The notes: generated by a model from the letters alone, not told the origin. DNA of 64,000 nucleotides from Octopus vulgaris (GCA_951406725.2 OX597814.1:79050001-79114000), one strand, 5' to 3'; numbered from the stretch's first letter, positions 12,571 through 26,800 are shown. Made by a program: numbers and translations.

Positions 12571-14719
12571 CAAAAGTGTAAGTCTAGAAAACAGTTATGT
12601 GGATGGAAAGGAAATAATATTTCATTTCAATATAGAAATAAGAATGTCTGCTTTGTTTTGTTCTTGTCATATTTTCTGTTCTATTACCTAAAGATATAGA
12701 ACAATACACAGCAAATCATCTTAGAAAGAATGCAATCCATTATATTATAAATATAGTGCTTTCTCTAAGAGGTAGAGTAGATATTAAGTACATTATTCAG
12801 ATAACACTTCAATTTAGATAAACATTTGACTTGAGTATTGATTTTGAGTTTTGCAAAAATTAGTTGAGAAAGTTTATTATTATGGTGGTATTTACTCTGA
12901 CAAAATGCCAACTTAAAATATATTGTAGTTTTCTGATGCTAAATCTATTTACATTGAAAAGGAAATATTTGAAATGTTATAGAACTTTATATAATAATAA
13001 TCAGGAGTGCTGAGAGTAAAGTTAGTATAACACACAGAGAGGTGATGAGAACAGTGTGAAAACAAAACCAGCACATAAATACAGAAACAAATTAGTGTGT
13101 GTTTGTGTGTGTGTCTAAAGTGATGAAGAAAGTGTTAGTAATTGATGGCAATGAATAACTAAAGCTATGACTAGCCTTTCTCATTTTAGATTAAGGACTG
13201 TGGAAGTTGCAACATTCATTCATCTCTTCTTCAAGAGCATGATGTAAAAGCTACAGCTAGATATTATACAGGGTTTGCAAACTCAGTTCACTATAGATTT
13301 TACTACCTCCATTGTAGGACTTTAGTAGTCAGTAATAAAATGAGAGGTGAGCATTTGGGATTACTAGAAGACAGGATAAGCAAAGGAATCCATTTAACAA
13401 ATGACCTCATAGAGGTATGGATGTAAAACTGATAAGAATGATTTTGATGATAGCCTGATAATCATGACAAGGATGAAACTGAAGATGTTAGAATCTAAAT
13501 GGCCATCACCTAAGGAAGAGAACTGTTCATGTTGCCAAGTGAAAGCAGGAAATGAAGCAAATAAAATGTGGGAGGAAAGGAGATGAGTGACAGAAGGATA
13601 ATGATGATGATCACAAGAAAGAGGATGTAGCTGAGGAAAAGAATGTTGAGTTGATGAAGGCAATTACTCTCATGGTAACATTTATGGCAATAAAAGGATA
13701 ACAAGTGTTACAGGTGATGAGAATTTGATAATAATAATATGATATGTAGAGTTCGTGGCACAAAATAAGATAATTGCAGCGACAACATTTATTGCTGTTT
13801 AGCTCCAGGTCAATTCTGATCCAAACGGACCTATGGTCAAGAACTGATAAAGTCCCCAACCACCTCCTTTGATAATCATACAGGCAGCCTGTCGTCGCCG
13901 CCACCACCACCATCACCACTACCACCAACATCATCATTTTAACCTCCAGTATAATAAAGTGGATGGGTCTGGGATGTGGTATCCATATGCATATTTGTTT
14001 GATTAGGTTAGGGATCTTACAACTGTATGGCCTTATTACAAAACTGTCACTAGCAAAGTGAACTGGATGGATTTATTACAGAGAACCAGCAAAAAGTAGC
14101 TGTTTTACAGGATTAAGAAAACCTTCTCAACTCTATATTAAATTTCATTTTAAAGTATCTTTCTCTAGGGAGTCATGAAGCTTCTTTTAATTACATTTAC
14201 AGCAGTATATTGTCAACATCATGACTGCTGTTAACAATATGATGATAGAAGGTAACAATGAGAACACTGGTGGTGGAGATGATGATGATGACAACCACCA
14301 TCACTGCTACAACCACAATTAGTAATACAGTGTTGTTTTCTAGACCAGAAAGCAGCCTTGCATATTGAGTGCAAACACTGTACATTCTGTATTATAATCT
14401 TTTATAATCACAAGTATCCATTCATAGGTGATCAGATTTATTAGCTTCAAGAGAAATAGGCATTAGTGAAGTAAATGAAAAAAAAAAGCTACCAGTGGGA
14501 ATCAAACTGATGTCATGAACTGAATTTGTTAAGAGCTTACCACGAATGCTATAGGGAAAAAGAATTTTTATGTAATTTTTAGTTTCATATGATGTATTTT
14601 ATGAGCAATAACATTGTTGCTCCTATGTTTCTGATGGGCCATGAGAGAGCAACTTCACATGAATAAATACCACATGGTTTGAAAGCACCAGTTCATGATT
14701 TTTCTTGCTAACGTCATTG

Positions 14720-14910
14720 TCATTATCATCGTTTGACATCTGGACAGTTTGACATGGAGGTGGCTAGTATGGTTTCTATGGCTGGATGACCTTCCTAACA
14801 CCACTCACTGAGCAGAATGTGCTCAATGCTTTTTACATGCCACTGGCTGAGGTGTGTTTATGCAGCACCAACATGGGTGCATTAATGCAGCACCGGCACA
14901 GGTGCCTGAG
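14720..14910 (-). mobile_element. RTE 3'-UTR fragment
   Basis: GGTTTCTATGGCTGGATGACCTTCCTAACACC...TTTTACATGCCAC is similar to 32165-32240. Confidence 0.65.
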
Positions 14911-15499
14911 AAGACAAGCCAGTATGTGTATGCATTGTTTTGCTAATATTACCTGAAATGCATAAAAACATGTACACACATACATACACTTACACCCATT
15001 GCATGTCCACCACCACCACCACCACCACCACTCACAAGCACAATGAGATTTTGCCCGAGGAGAATAGCTGGTGAGACATAATACCTTATGAACAAGATGG
15101 GGATTCCTTCACTAGGTGAGAAAGGAACAAAAGAGTCTCAACAAGGGAGCTTGCCCTTCTAGAAATATCACCTAAATTTCTTTTATGTCTTGAAAGTTAT
15201 GATACTGAAGACTACATTAGATAATGTAGTTTTAGATATATGTTCTCTCAAGAAAAAAACAAAAAGGTGAGATTGAGATAGTTCTTGCTGGAATTTTCCA
15301 ACAACAGGTTTAAACAACTATGGCTAATCTGAGGTTAAATAAAATGACAACCCCATAAATCCTATTGAAGCTTTGTGCATGATTACATCTTGTTCAGATT
15401 TAATTTGGCTTTTAAATCTGGTACCCTTTTTATGTAAATCATTTAGAAAACTGCTTGTTTTGAAGACATCATATTAAGAAATGTCATTACAATCAGATA

Positions 15500-16272
15500 T
15501 CTATAAATATAAAACTTAACTTGTGTGTCTGTGTGTGTATCTGTGTGCTTAACTTTCCGGTACATCTCCTCCTAGCCAACAAATCGTAGAACCACCAAAA
15601 ATAGGTCACTTAAAGTTTGGGGGAATGAAAATTGAACTGCGCTATTTCTGTTCCGAAATTCATCTCGCAAGTGCAAAAATCGATAATGTGTTTGTTTAGG
15701 CCTTATCCCATGCATTGAGTAGTGATCTTTACTCAGTCAGCTGTTTGACTTGAACTGTGTTCACCACGCATGCAAGCATGCGTAAATTGCATGAAAAATA
15801 AAACATCAAGATATAAAAACGAATCACCGTAAATATTGTAGAAATTCAGCAAAGAAATGAATTTTTGGGATGTAGCCTGGAGGATTTTTTCATATTAATC
15901 GCTTGGACTTTGTGAACACATACCAATTATCTATATATATATAAAGCTGAAGTTGTCTGTGTATAGCAGGTTTGGTAGCCTTCAACTAACACTATTTCCT
16001 CCGAGACCCTGAGGCGCAAGTTGACCAAAATTGAGTGTATGATAGAAGAAGGCTTGCTCTTCCTTCTGTAGGAGAAAAAATTCAAATTGGGTCATGTTAA
16101 CACCAAAAATTATTTACACCAAAAAGGTGCTTTTTTTCTATGAAAATCCCTATCTTTTTACGATTTTTTGACTGTCGCCATGTTCACTTAAAGAGAATAA
16201 CAAGCTACATAATGCAAAATTTTTACTTTTCAAAAATTCCAATTCTAAAGCAACGCCGGGTGATACTGCTAG
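15500..16272 (+). mobile_element. Non-autonomous Helitron with two 5' heads
   Basis: A|TCTATAAATATAAAAC at 15500 and A|TCTATATATATATAAAGCTGAAGTTG at 15930; 3' end GCAACGCCGGGTGATACTGCTAG|T, shared with the elements at 25268 and 53356. Confidence 0.75.
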
Positions 16273-16374
16273 TATATAAATATTTCACATAATAATTTTG
16301 TGAAACAAGCCTCATTTGGTCTGGTTTTCTCAACAAGAAAATTATTAAGCCAGTATTTTACAAATGAAGTAATA

Positions 16375-16590
16375 TCAGTTTCAAATTTTGGCACAAGGCC
16401 AGCACTTTCAGGGGTGGGTGTTGAATATATAGACCCCCCAGTGCTCAACTGGTACTTATTTTATCAACCCCAAAAGGATGAAAGCAAAGTAGACCTCAGT
16501 AGAATTTGAACTCAAAATATAAAGATGGTTGAAATGCTGCTAAGCATTTTGCCCAGCATGCTAACAAATTCTAACAGCTCACTGCATTAA
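16375..16590 (-). mobile_element. SINE family C
   Basis: TTTCAAATTTTGGCACAAGGCCAGC...GCTAAGCATTTTGCCCAG. Confidence 0.8.
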
Positions 16591-18101
16591 AATTCCTGTG
16601 AAATATTTACAGTCAGGAGATGCAGTCCACCAGTGATTGGTGAATAAGCAACAATACCACTGATCATGAAATGTCATATCAAATAGAAAAAAAAAAATAC
16701 ATACTATCTGCTTATTGTACTGAGACAGGTTGTTATATAATTAAATTATATTTTCAGACAGTAAAATATGCTGTAAGAAGAGGGAAGCATCTATCTTTCC
16801 CATTTCAGCAGAGAATCATAATGTAACATCTATATGCCTATTTAACTGAACTGCGGGAGAAAATATCTCCACAACTCCAATCAATTTCAGTCTTCAGCTA
16901 TATTTTCTTCATAGGAGATTTTTTTCACACTGAGTTTAAACAACTTCTTTCAGTTCTTAACAAAACCAATCTATTGCAAAGTTGAATAAATTCCTCAACA
17001 AATTTTGACCAATATCAGGAGTATCCTTAAGTATTGGAGCCAGTATTTCAAACATTACTCACTATCAAATCTAATACAAAAAAGCAAGGTTTGAACTAAT
17101 TTGAAACCTAATTAAAGTAACGTTAACTCCTCTATGATATATATCTACCTGTATATCACAGGCTTTAAATACCTCTATATCTAACTCAATTTTCTTCACT
17201 CGAATAAGCTGACAAATAAATTACCATTTTAGAGTGGAATGGTTAATATCAAACAGAGACATTCAATCACAAAACATCAGTTGTAACATTTTGTGAAAAA
17301 TGTCTAAATTTCTAGGACTAGTCAAGTTGTATGGGGGGAAGTACTGTAGGTTAGTTTACTAGCCACCAGAGATTGCAGAGATCTGTTTCCAGTTAAACCA
17401 TTTCCCTCTTCTATCCATCCATAATCAATAACCTAGTGAAGTATAGGTAGAGTCAGGTTGACTTGCCCTTGTTATATTAAACAGAGTGAAGTAAACTACA
17501 CTAGTGGCATGTAGTAGAAGTAAGTAAAACATTTGTAATTAGATATCATAAATAATATTATGGACTTCCTAAGATGTTTAAGCTGCTGACATGTTATCAC
17601 CATCACCACCATCTCAAGGGCACATCATTTAATAGATACATTCAATTTCCATGTTGATTATGTTTGCATAAAGGTTTCTCTTTTTTTCTTCTTCCACCCC
17701 CGCCTCAAATCACTTATTTTCATTCATAATATAACATCAATGAACATGCTTCACCACTGAGCACAATAACAAACACTAAAAAAATGAATTATAAAAAGAG
17801 AAACGAATGTGCAGACTACTCACTGCTATATAAATAATTACAACTTGTGTAATAAAAAAAAAAAGACTGATGTATTAATTGGTAATTGCTTGAATAGCAT
17901 GTACACAGAAATACATTTCAAAACCAAACAGATGGTGTGGTTTTACTGCTCCAGAGATAACTGTTATTGATCAAAATAATTGGAGGATTGAGTTAAGTGG
18001 TTCAATAGGTTAATTGTGGTTAATTAAATTCAATTTTCAGTGATCATTTCTATCACACAACTAATATACACTATTGTTACAACACTTTATATATGTACAT
18101 A

Positions 18102-18314
18102 TGAGGAGGTGTTGAAAAGTTACTGACTTTAAGGGTATCAAAAAAGCCTGGTTGGAGGCTCAACCTTCCAAATTCTTTTACAGGGCTTAGAAAAACTGAA
18201 GAACTGCTGCAATAAGTGTGTGAATCTGAAATGGAAATATGTTGAATAAAATCATAATAAACTGATCCTCCTGTATCTTCCTTTCCCAAACCCAGGAACT
18301 TTTCCGCACCTTCA
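18102..18314. mobile_element. Tc1/mariner-type MITE (about 210 bp)
   Basis: TA|TGAGGAGGTGTTGAAAAGTT...AACTTTTCCGCACCTTCA; second copy in the opposite orientation at 39072-39276. Confidence 0.8.
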
Positions 18315-18519
18315 CATGTGTGTGCATACATATCCACCTGTTACATCTATTTTGCCATGCTAGCATGGGTTAGATAAATGTATTGTTGGAGGTAATAGTT
18401 TTACTGTCAGATGCCTTTCTTGTTGTTAACCCTTTCTTGTTTTTCAATTTAATTTATTCCTTTACTTACTTGATATCTGCCAGGATTTTTTAATCCCATT
18501 TTTTTTCTATATAGACATA

Positions 18520-19366
18520 TGAGGTCTGATTAATAAACATCCAGACTCTTGCCATAGTAATGAAACTAAAGCACACAAAGTGAAGCTGCTTAATAAAGAT
18601 AGACCTTGAACTCTGCTGTGCATGTGCGCTAAGTTTTAATGTTCTAGCTCACTTCTGCTGTTTACAGCAGTGCTTGGAAGGAAGGTGTGTAGTGTGTGAT
18701 TGTCGCATTGACCATGGCAGAGAAAGTTGTCATGGCATGACCTGCTCAGAAGACTATGCAAAGTTGCAGAAATTGCATGGAGAGGAGTGTATGAGCCACA
18801 CACAAGTGTATGAGTGGTTTAGATGTTTCCAAGATGGCCAAAAAAATGTTGATATTGACAGACATTCTGGGAGACCTGAGAAACATATCGTAGATATGCA
18901 TGCAGCTGTGAGGGGAAATCATTGAATCACCATCCATGAGTTACCAGAGGACATGCAAATTAATTACAGTTCAGTTCAGTCCATTAACACTGAAGATTTG
19001 TGTATGAGACACGTGTCTGCCAAGTTTGCGCTAAAACTGCTTTCAGCTGACCAAAGAGACACTTGCACAAGATCTCCTTGATTGTGTCAAGAACAAAGAA
19101 AACTTGTTGAAATCTTTGAGTAGATCTCGCCAAACTTTTGGCAAAATTTGAAGCAGATTCTCTGCTCAACTTTCTCTGTCATGGACAATGCAATGATCAC
19201 ATGCTACACATCTTCCTTCCAGACACTGCTGTAAACAGCAGATGTGAGCTAGAACATTAAAACTTTGTGCACATGCACAGCAGAGTTCAAGGTCAATCTG
19301 TGCCAAGTGACTTCACTCTGCTTTGTTACTTTTGCAACAATCTGGATACTTCTTGATCAGACCATT
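18520..19366 (+). mobile_element. Non-autonomous mariner element with about 200-bp TIRs and transposase HTH remnant
   Basis: TA flanks and long inverted arms. Peptide TCSEDYAKLQKLHGEECMSHTQVYEWFRCFQDG...RHSGRP is a mariner N-terminal HTH. No DD34D domain. Confidence 0.9.
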
Positions 19367-20159
19367 TATATATATATATAAAATAGTAAATGCGAATGTC
19401 AGTGTGTCACACTTTTTCAACTTTACTCCCAGAGACTGTAGCCCAACATATCATACCATTTTGAAATGACGCTGACTCCATGAGTAAATTAAAAACATTC
19501 CGGGTTGAATCTGGATCTGCAATCCTGAAATTCTGGATTCCTAAGTTTTCATTACTATGATTGTTTCCAGTGATTTTTTAATGATAATAATAAATACATG
19601 CAAAGAAAAAAATATCCTAAAATATTTCTCCCTTAACTTACTACAGCTCTAAGATGCTTGCCATATTCATATACATTGGTACTACACCTTGACATGTTCA
19701 TTAACATCAGTAAGAATAAAACTTTGGCAATATAAAATATCTCAAGAGTTTTAATGAAATTCTTTAGATGTCCCTGACAATTTCTCATAACTTTTTGAAG
19801 AGTTATATTTTGTTCCTCATCTTTCTCCTTGTTTTCTTTCTGTCCAACAGACAACTGTGTATTCTTCAGAATACGGCATGAGATGCTACTCCCCAAATAT
19901 AAGTCATTTCTTTCTGTCTTTTGATATGAAGTGATCCTTCTCACTACATATCAGTTAAGTTTCGGTTTTAGATCACACAGATGTTTACATGTCTAAGCCC
20001 AGCCAATCCAGCTATGTATGAAGTTGAAGTATTTCAACCAGTTATTCGAATACATATCTTATACAGTATGTCAGTTTCTATTAGGGATATGACTAGGGCT
20101 GCACAACAACAACAACAACATCAACTATCTCTTCTTTCTTGGATGTATTTACAGGTTTT

Positions 20160-20700
20160 CTTTTGATGGACATTAGCCATTCAGCATTATGGCATTATAT
20201 TGCAGTGGCAGACAACTCTTCCCTATATATCTGACCAAGATGTTTTGGCCTCACAAGCATTGAAGGAACTGTTTCCTGAATGTCACATTCCAGTTTCTTG
20301 AAGAATTACTTCTGGTTTGAAGAGAACAATCTATTCAATTTGAATTGCATTATTCACTCACAATATCTCTTCACTTTGATGGCTTTGGTTCCCAGTCACT
20401 TCTTGATCTCTTCTATTATAGTGAGAAACCCTTTTCCCCTGATGCTATATTTCTATTGCAATTTTCTTTGTGCAGATTCCACTGAACACAATACCACCAT
20501 ACAATTCAGCTAAGATCTTCCTGCAGTATTTTTGTCTCCTTCCAGTTTTCTATTCAACCATGTCTCAATATCAACCTCCAGGATTTCTATTTTAAGTTTA
20601 TTTCTATCTACATATTGTAGTCCCAGACAATTCCTTCTTTGTCTTCTGTTTCGGTTGTTGGTATCATGTCAATTTGATAGATGCTCTCAGCAATTAAATT
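20160..20700 (-). mobile_element. R4/Dong-like non-LTR retrotransposon relic (region N-terminal to RT)
   Basis: Manual minus-strand translation gives IIEEIKK*LGTKAIKVKRYCE*IMQFKLNRLFSSNQK*FFKKL, then SWSDI* and HNAEWL, resembling the R4/Dong pattern LKQ...RY...QN.LF..N.K.FY...FW..IW...HN..AEW. Confidence 0.55.
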
Positions 20701-20769
20701 GAATTAAATTTTAATTTAAATCAGTCTAGGCTTGAACAAGAAACAATCATTTTAAGAATAGAACAAAAG

Positions 20770-20771
<2 letters not shown>

Positions 20772-20825
<54 letters not shown>
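20772..20825. repeat. (CA)n microsatellite
   Basis: Seen directly. Confidence 0.97.
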
Positions 20826-20827
<2 letters not shown>

Positions 20828-21872
20828 CATGTGTACATACATATACAACAACTGACTTCTAGATATCTACTTTGGAGGTTCTTTTCAAACAACAATTTCA
20901 TATAATCCTTACATATATTTATAGGAAACAGATGCAGAAAAAAATATGAAGGGAAAAGAAAACAAAGAAGTAAAAAACATAAGCAAAAATGGAAAGAAAT
21001 GAAGGAAGGAAAGAGAAACTGAAGAACAAGAAATAAAGAAAGAAAGCAAAGTGGAAACAAAATAACCACATATTTTATTTTTAAATATCCCATGTTGTGA
21101 GAGTGACCACCTCAGTCAGATAATCATATTCATATCATGTCTGTCTGGGAGGTATCAAATCACTTACTTTAAGGGTGTCTTGACTAGATATATATATATG
21201 AAATATAAATCTTCTAAATGTATATATTTAATAGTCTGCTGCATTGCCCTGATCTCCTCACTATCACCACCACAAGATTTTCCTATATGTAGATAACCCA
21301 AATCAACAAGATAGACAAAACACTGTTTGTGTGTGTGGTGGGAAGGGGAAATTCTATCAGTCATTTTAGACCTTTGTCACGGAGCTACTTTATCAGAACA
21401 ACAACACTTGGGACTGGTCATGACTCTCTTAGATAACCTATTGACTATCATTCTGTATTAGGCAGTAAGCAAGCCAGGATGCTTTTGAAAAGAAGAGTGG
21501 AGGCTGGGGAGAACAATTTACCATTTTACTCAAAAGTATGATATTACCTACTATTTATAAAAGGTTCTCTGGAAAACAATTGCTATTTTCTCACTTTTGT
21601 TTCAAAAATTTTATATCCATCTTTTCCCACGTTAATTTGGGTAGGATATCTTTTAAAATTTTTACCACCCCCAGCCTTTTTCAGTGAGGTACTTTTGAGA
21701 CTAATCATGATGTAAAAGCAGTCACATTAATTCCTCCTTTACCAAACAGCAGCATTAATAATAATGGTTTCAAATTTTGGCACAGGTAGTTAAAAAGAAT
21801 GTTATTCTGTTAGTGGGATAAGCACTGGAGGTCCATCCTAAAGAAACTGCTACAGTTCCTCAACCAACTTAA

Positions 21873-22072
21873 CCCTTTACCATTCAGATCACTTAATTAT
21901 TTGCACTGTTTTGAATTAACCATGCATTATCTTATAGCTTTGAGATTTCGACAATGAGATTTAAAATTTTAGAATGGCATTGTAGGATATGTGTAAGAGG
22001 CTAGATCTTGATAGCTTGAACATAATACAGGTAGAATAATTGGGCTAGATATGGCTGATTTAAATGTTAAAT
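21873..22072. mobile_element. piggyBac-like MITE, decayed right end
   Basis: TTAA|CCCTTTACCATTC start; right end TTTAAATGTTAAA is only partly complementary. Confidence 0.45.
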
Positions 22073-22179
22073 TCAAATATGATATCAGCACTATGCAAAA
22101 GAAAAAGAAAAGAAAAATTGTCATGAGGTACTGCTCATATCCCATGAAAGGCTGTCTCTGTCTGAGATCTGATGAAGAG

Positions 22180-22530
22180 ATATCATCATCATCATCAACA
22201 TTTAATGTATGTTTTCCCTGTTGGCATGGGTTGGAAGGTTTGACAGGAACTGGCAAGGCCAGTAGCCACACCAGGTTCCATACTTTGTTTTGGCTTAGTT
22301 TCTACAGATGGGTGTCCTTCCTAACACCAACCACATTACAGACTGTACTAGGTGTTTTTTATGTGACACCAGCATCCACATCAGTGCTTTTTATGTGGCA
22401 CTATCAATTCTGGTGTGATGTACAGGTTTTCTTGAGTACAGCAATGTGCGCCATATCTTGGTCTTCTGTCTTTTCTTTTGTGAAGCTCAGCATTTTGAGA
22501 TCAGCGTTCATTACTTCATCCCATACCAGT
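22180..22530 (-). mobile_element. RTE 3'-end fragment
   Basis: (CAT)n tail plus TTTTCCCTGTTGGCATGGGTTGG; extends into TTCATCCCATACC (the W-D-E motif of the RTE ORF end). Confidence 0.7.
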
Positions 22531-22599
22531 TTTCAGAAACTATGAGAAGCACAAATAATAATAATTACATGCTTACTATTACTCAGGAAATTAACTAAC

Positions 22600-23260
22600 C
22601 TCATAGTAGACAAATTGTAGAGCTTTTTAGAGAAGAAGGTTAACAGAAGGACAAAAGAGATGAAAAAAATCAAGAGAAATTGTTGATCTAGTGTATACTG
22701 ACAACATGATATTAATTGGAAAACAAAACTAAATATGAAAACAAATCATTAGGAAATGTGAAAATCTGTAAGGGAATATTCCAGGGAGACTCACATACTC
22801 CATTACTGTTTGTGATTGTGTTAATCCCTCTGGCAAGTATGCTTGAGGCAATTTCAGGCCTATCTATGAGTTTGCACAAACCACGGTGAAAAATAAATTG
22901 CTTGCAGCATAAGGATAACCTCAGGTTATACACAAAAAAATTAAAATAACTTGGACTCACTGATCTAAACAGTAAGAATATTTAGCAACAATACTGGTAT
23001 GATGTTTGGGCTTTAATTATGAAGGGAAGGTGAAATAATGAGAGATATGAATACATAAGGGGGCTGCAGAACGATTAGGATAAAGGAAAGAAAAATAAGA
23101 AAGTTTCCAAAGAGCACAAGAGAAGGATTAGCAAGACATTTGAGGTAGAACTAAATGGAAGGAATATTTTCAGTGAATCCATGCCAGTATTAAGATAGTC
23201 TGCTCCCTTTCTAAAATAGACAGAGACAGAACTAGAAAGCTGTTCACAATGTATAATGAG
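22600..23260 (+). mobile_element. R4/Dong-like reverse transcriptase relic
   Basis: Plus-strand translation gives ICKGIFQGDSHTPLLFVIVLIPLASML, INCLQHKDNLRLYTK (decayed HLLYMDDLKLY) and LDSLI*TVRIFSNNTGMMFGL. Confidence 0.8.
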
Positions 23261-23289
23261 CACCACCTTAAAGCTAACATAATAATAAT

Positions 23290-23510
23290 AATAAATTTCA
23301 AATTTTGGCACAAGGCCAGCAATTTTGATGGAGGTGATAAGTTAATTACACCAGCCCCAGTGATCTACTGGTACTTATTTTATCAACCTCAAAAAAAGAA
23401 TGAAGGACAAAACTGACCTCAACAGTATTTGAACTCAAAACATAAAGACAGGCGAAATGATCTGAAGCATGTTACCTAGCACACTAACGATTCTGCCAGT
23501 TCACCCTTAT
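23290..23510 (-). mobile_element. SINE family C
   Basis: Full-length reverse-complement match with (AAT)n flanks. Confidence 0.8.
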
Positions 23511-25267
23511 TATTATTTTAATAATAATAATAATGATAATAATAACTTACTGCATAGGTGAAAGCTAGAAATCATTGAGGTTGTTGTTAACCTATCAAAC
23601 TGTTCTTACTACTTTACTAAAACTTTATTTCATCGACACCAAAAAGATGAAAGATAAAGTTGACCTCAATGGGATTTGAACTGAGAGGACAGAGTACCAC
23701 AGCAAATACCACAAAGCATTTTGACCTATACTGTTATGGCTCCACCAGTTCCACACTGTTATCATTGCTGCCATTCTTGTCATTACCATCATTATCATGT
23801 TAATGTGTTTTCCACACTGACATAGATTGAATACTTCTACTGAACAGCTTATCATTCCTCTATTGCCATCTCATACTACTACTACTACTACTACTGAAAA
23901 GATAAACACTAACACAAATTTGGAGTTATAACTAGCAAATTATATGCTTTTATTGAGTTTACTATAAATTAGCATATACATGCCTAAAATTTCACATACC
24001 ACAATCGTATAAACTAGCAAGGCCTGTGGAAATTCCATGGTGTATGTTGGAATATTTGAATATTTATTCTAATTATAATAATAATAAGCAATTAAACCTA
24101 ATACTAAAAAAATAAAAAAGAATAATGGTGACACCCCAGCATGGCCACAGCCTTTGGTCCAGAGAATGTAAAAGATAAAAGTGTAACATCCACAGCCATT
24201 TCCTAACAAAAGTTATTTCACTTTAATTTAACTACCTATCGATATATCTTTTAATGCATAAATTTATTGATCCTCATGACACTGTTTCATTATGTTAAAC
24301 ATTTTGATTGTTCCTGTGATTTGGATACACAAATGCAGAGTAATACAGACCCTATCTCTCTCTCTCTCTCTCTCTCTTGTGCTTTCTCTTTCTATATTTT
24401 CATTGATTCCACAATTTCAATTTCTCTCTTTGTCTCCCCTTTCCCGCTCCAAATATTTTTTTTCTATTCAAGTTATTACCTCCCTTGGCATAACACATGG
24501 AGAAAACTGACAAACCAGTGGAAGAATTAAGCAAGTTACAGAATCAATGAGGTAAAAATCTGAGCTCATGCAATTTTGCTAAGCTTCATGCCATCTTTAC
24601 TACCAGAGAAATTTAATCCCAGAAGTAGAAAAAGAAAAGCAAAGTTATATTGTAACAGATTTAGCATTCTCCTCATATAGTAGCCTTATCAGCAGGTTCA
24701 AACATCAGGCTGGCTACAGGTAACAAATCAATCAGCTCAACATAATGTCTCTCTAAGAAAAGCAACTGCAGTGTAATCAGATGTTATCCCTCTCAGAATC
24801 CCTATAGCTAGTGAGAGACTACCTTTATAATTTCCTCTTTCAAACTGCTGATACCAAATTATCAGCTGCTACCAGATGAGAAGAAAACTAAAAAAAAATT
24901 GTTGGTAACTTGTTGAACAAGTCAGTTTTGACCAGCTGGACACTTCCTTGGTGCCTTGGTAAAGTTGGATATTCTATACATCCATTTGTAAGCAACAGAG
25001 TCTGGAGAACCAGAACCCTTAGCATACCAAAAAGCATTATGATTTTCATGGTCCAGTACTTTGACATTTGCATTGTATCAAAGAAATAGTTGAAAGTCAT
25101 ACTTTTGTTTTCCTAATTATTTAAGGTTTATATAAATGAAGATACAATTAAATTTAGTAGAGGACCAGAAATTGCATTTATATTATAATAAACTTTTGAC
25201 TATTTCTTTGAAATATTTGATGAATACTGCCTTGTATTGGTTTTAGAAATATATATATATATATATA

Positions 25268-26385
25268 CTAGCAGTATCGCCCGGCGTTGCTCGGATTTGT
25301 AAGGGAAATAACTATATAAGCATTTTTAGAGAGTTATAGCCAAAAAATAGCAAAAAAATGCATTAAAAATTGAAAAAAAATTATGGTAAATTTTTTTTTA
25401 AAATCGTTGACACATCGTAGATATTTTTAGAGAGTTACTTCCCTTATATAAAAGCGAAAAAAATGCATTAAAATGGAAAAATATGATGGTAAATTTTTTT
25501 AAAATCGTAGACTCATCGTAGACGCGCGCTAATACCCAGAAGGGCTCGATATGAATCACGACTATAAGATACCCGCTTTTGGTTAAACTGCACCGCAAAA
25601 TGTGGGAGTAGTTAGGAATCTAAATCGTAGGAGACAGACACACAACTTCACTCTTATATAAAGATGCTTTTTTTTTTTCAGTCATAGAGTTAGATTTATG
25701 AAGGTCTTCAGTAGAAAATCCTTCGAATTCTGACTCGCTGCTTGATATAATGAAATTCGTATCCATTTTTTGTCAGAATTACAAATTTTGAAAACACAAT
25801 AGGAACAAATTTCGGAAAAAAATCTCCCATAATTCACGGAATTAAAATTACACTTCGATTTTTGTACAAAACTGTATTTGAAGTGTTTATGAAGTGTAAT
25901 ACGTGTTTTCACGAATGTACTAAAGAGGTTTACTCTGATATTCTCATTTAAATATGAATAGGTAAATTCGGGCGGTTTGGTAACGAAAGGGTTTATATAA
26001 GTCGTCTGTTTATACATAAACACTGTTTCATACTTTCAGTTTAGTCTTCCTCAAATCACTCTGTCGCTATTTACTCTCTTCCAAGAACATTTTCACTCAC
26101 TCTTATCTGTTAGCTTGCCATACATTTTACTCATGTATCTATCAGCGTGATAGACAGAAACAAATATTACATCTAGTTTCACTTTATTCGTTGCACACTC
26201 TGTGTGTGCGTTTGCGTGTGCTGTAAACCAGACTAAGAAAAGCATTTGATATACACACCTGGACCTGGCAAAACCCGATGCCTTCTACTCTTAAAAATGC
26301 TAGGTAAATTGTAATTGAAGAAATCCTATATTGTAGATTTCTATAACTGACAAAGGGAGGCAGATAAAATCTGCCTTTTATAATA

Positions 26386-26388
<3 letters not shown>
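25268..26388 (-). mobile_element. Composite non-autonomous Helitron insertion (core 25268-25664)
   Basis: Minus-strand 3' end CCGAGCAACGCCGGGCGATACTGCTAG|T; A|TC heads at 25664 and 26388; (TA)n on both flanks. Confidence 0.7.
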
Positions 26389-26423
<35 letters not shown>

Positions 26424-26497
26424 ATTATTATTATTATTAAATGCAGCCAAATGAACCATATCACTTTTGCATCAATATTGCCTCCTTAACTAATCAT

Positions 26498-26800
26498 AAG
26501 GCACATAGCAGTTAGAGCACTGGGCTCACAATCATGAGGTAGTGAGTTTGATTCCTGGACACTTTATTCCACATTGCTCCAGTTCACTCAGCTGCAGAAA
26601 TGAGTTACGACATCACTGGTGCCAAACTGTATTGGCCTTTTGCCTTTCCTTTGGATAAAATCAGTGGCATGGAGAGGGGAGACTGGTATGCATGAGCAGC
26701 TGCTGGTCTCCCATAAACAACATTGCTTGGACTTGTGGCTTGGAGGGTAACTTTCTAGGTGCAAACCCATAGTCACTCATGACCGAAGGGGTCTTTACTC
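26498..26800 (+). mobile_element. SINE, B-type head with alternative tail
   Basis: Reverse-complement similarity to 34925-35227. Confidence 0.75.
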
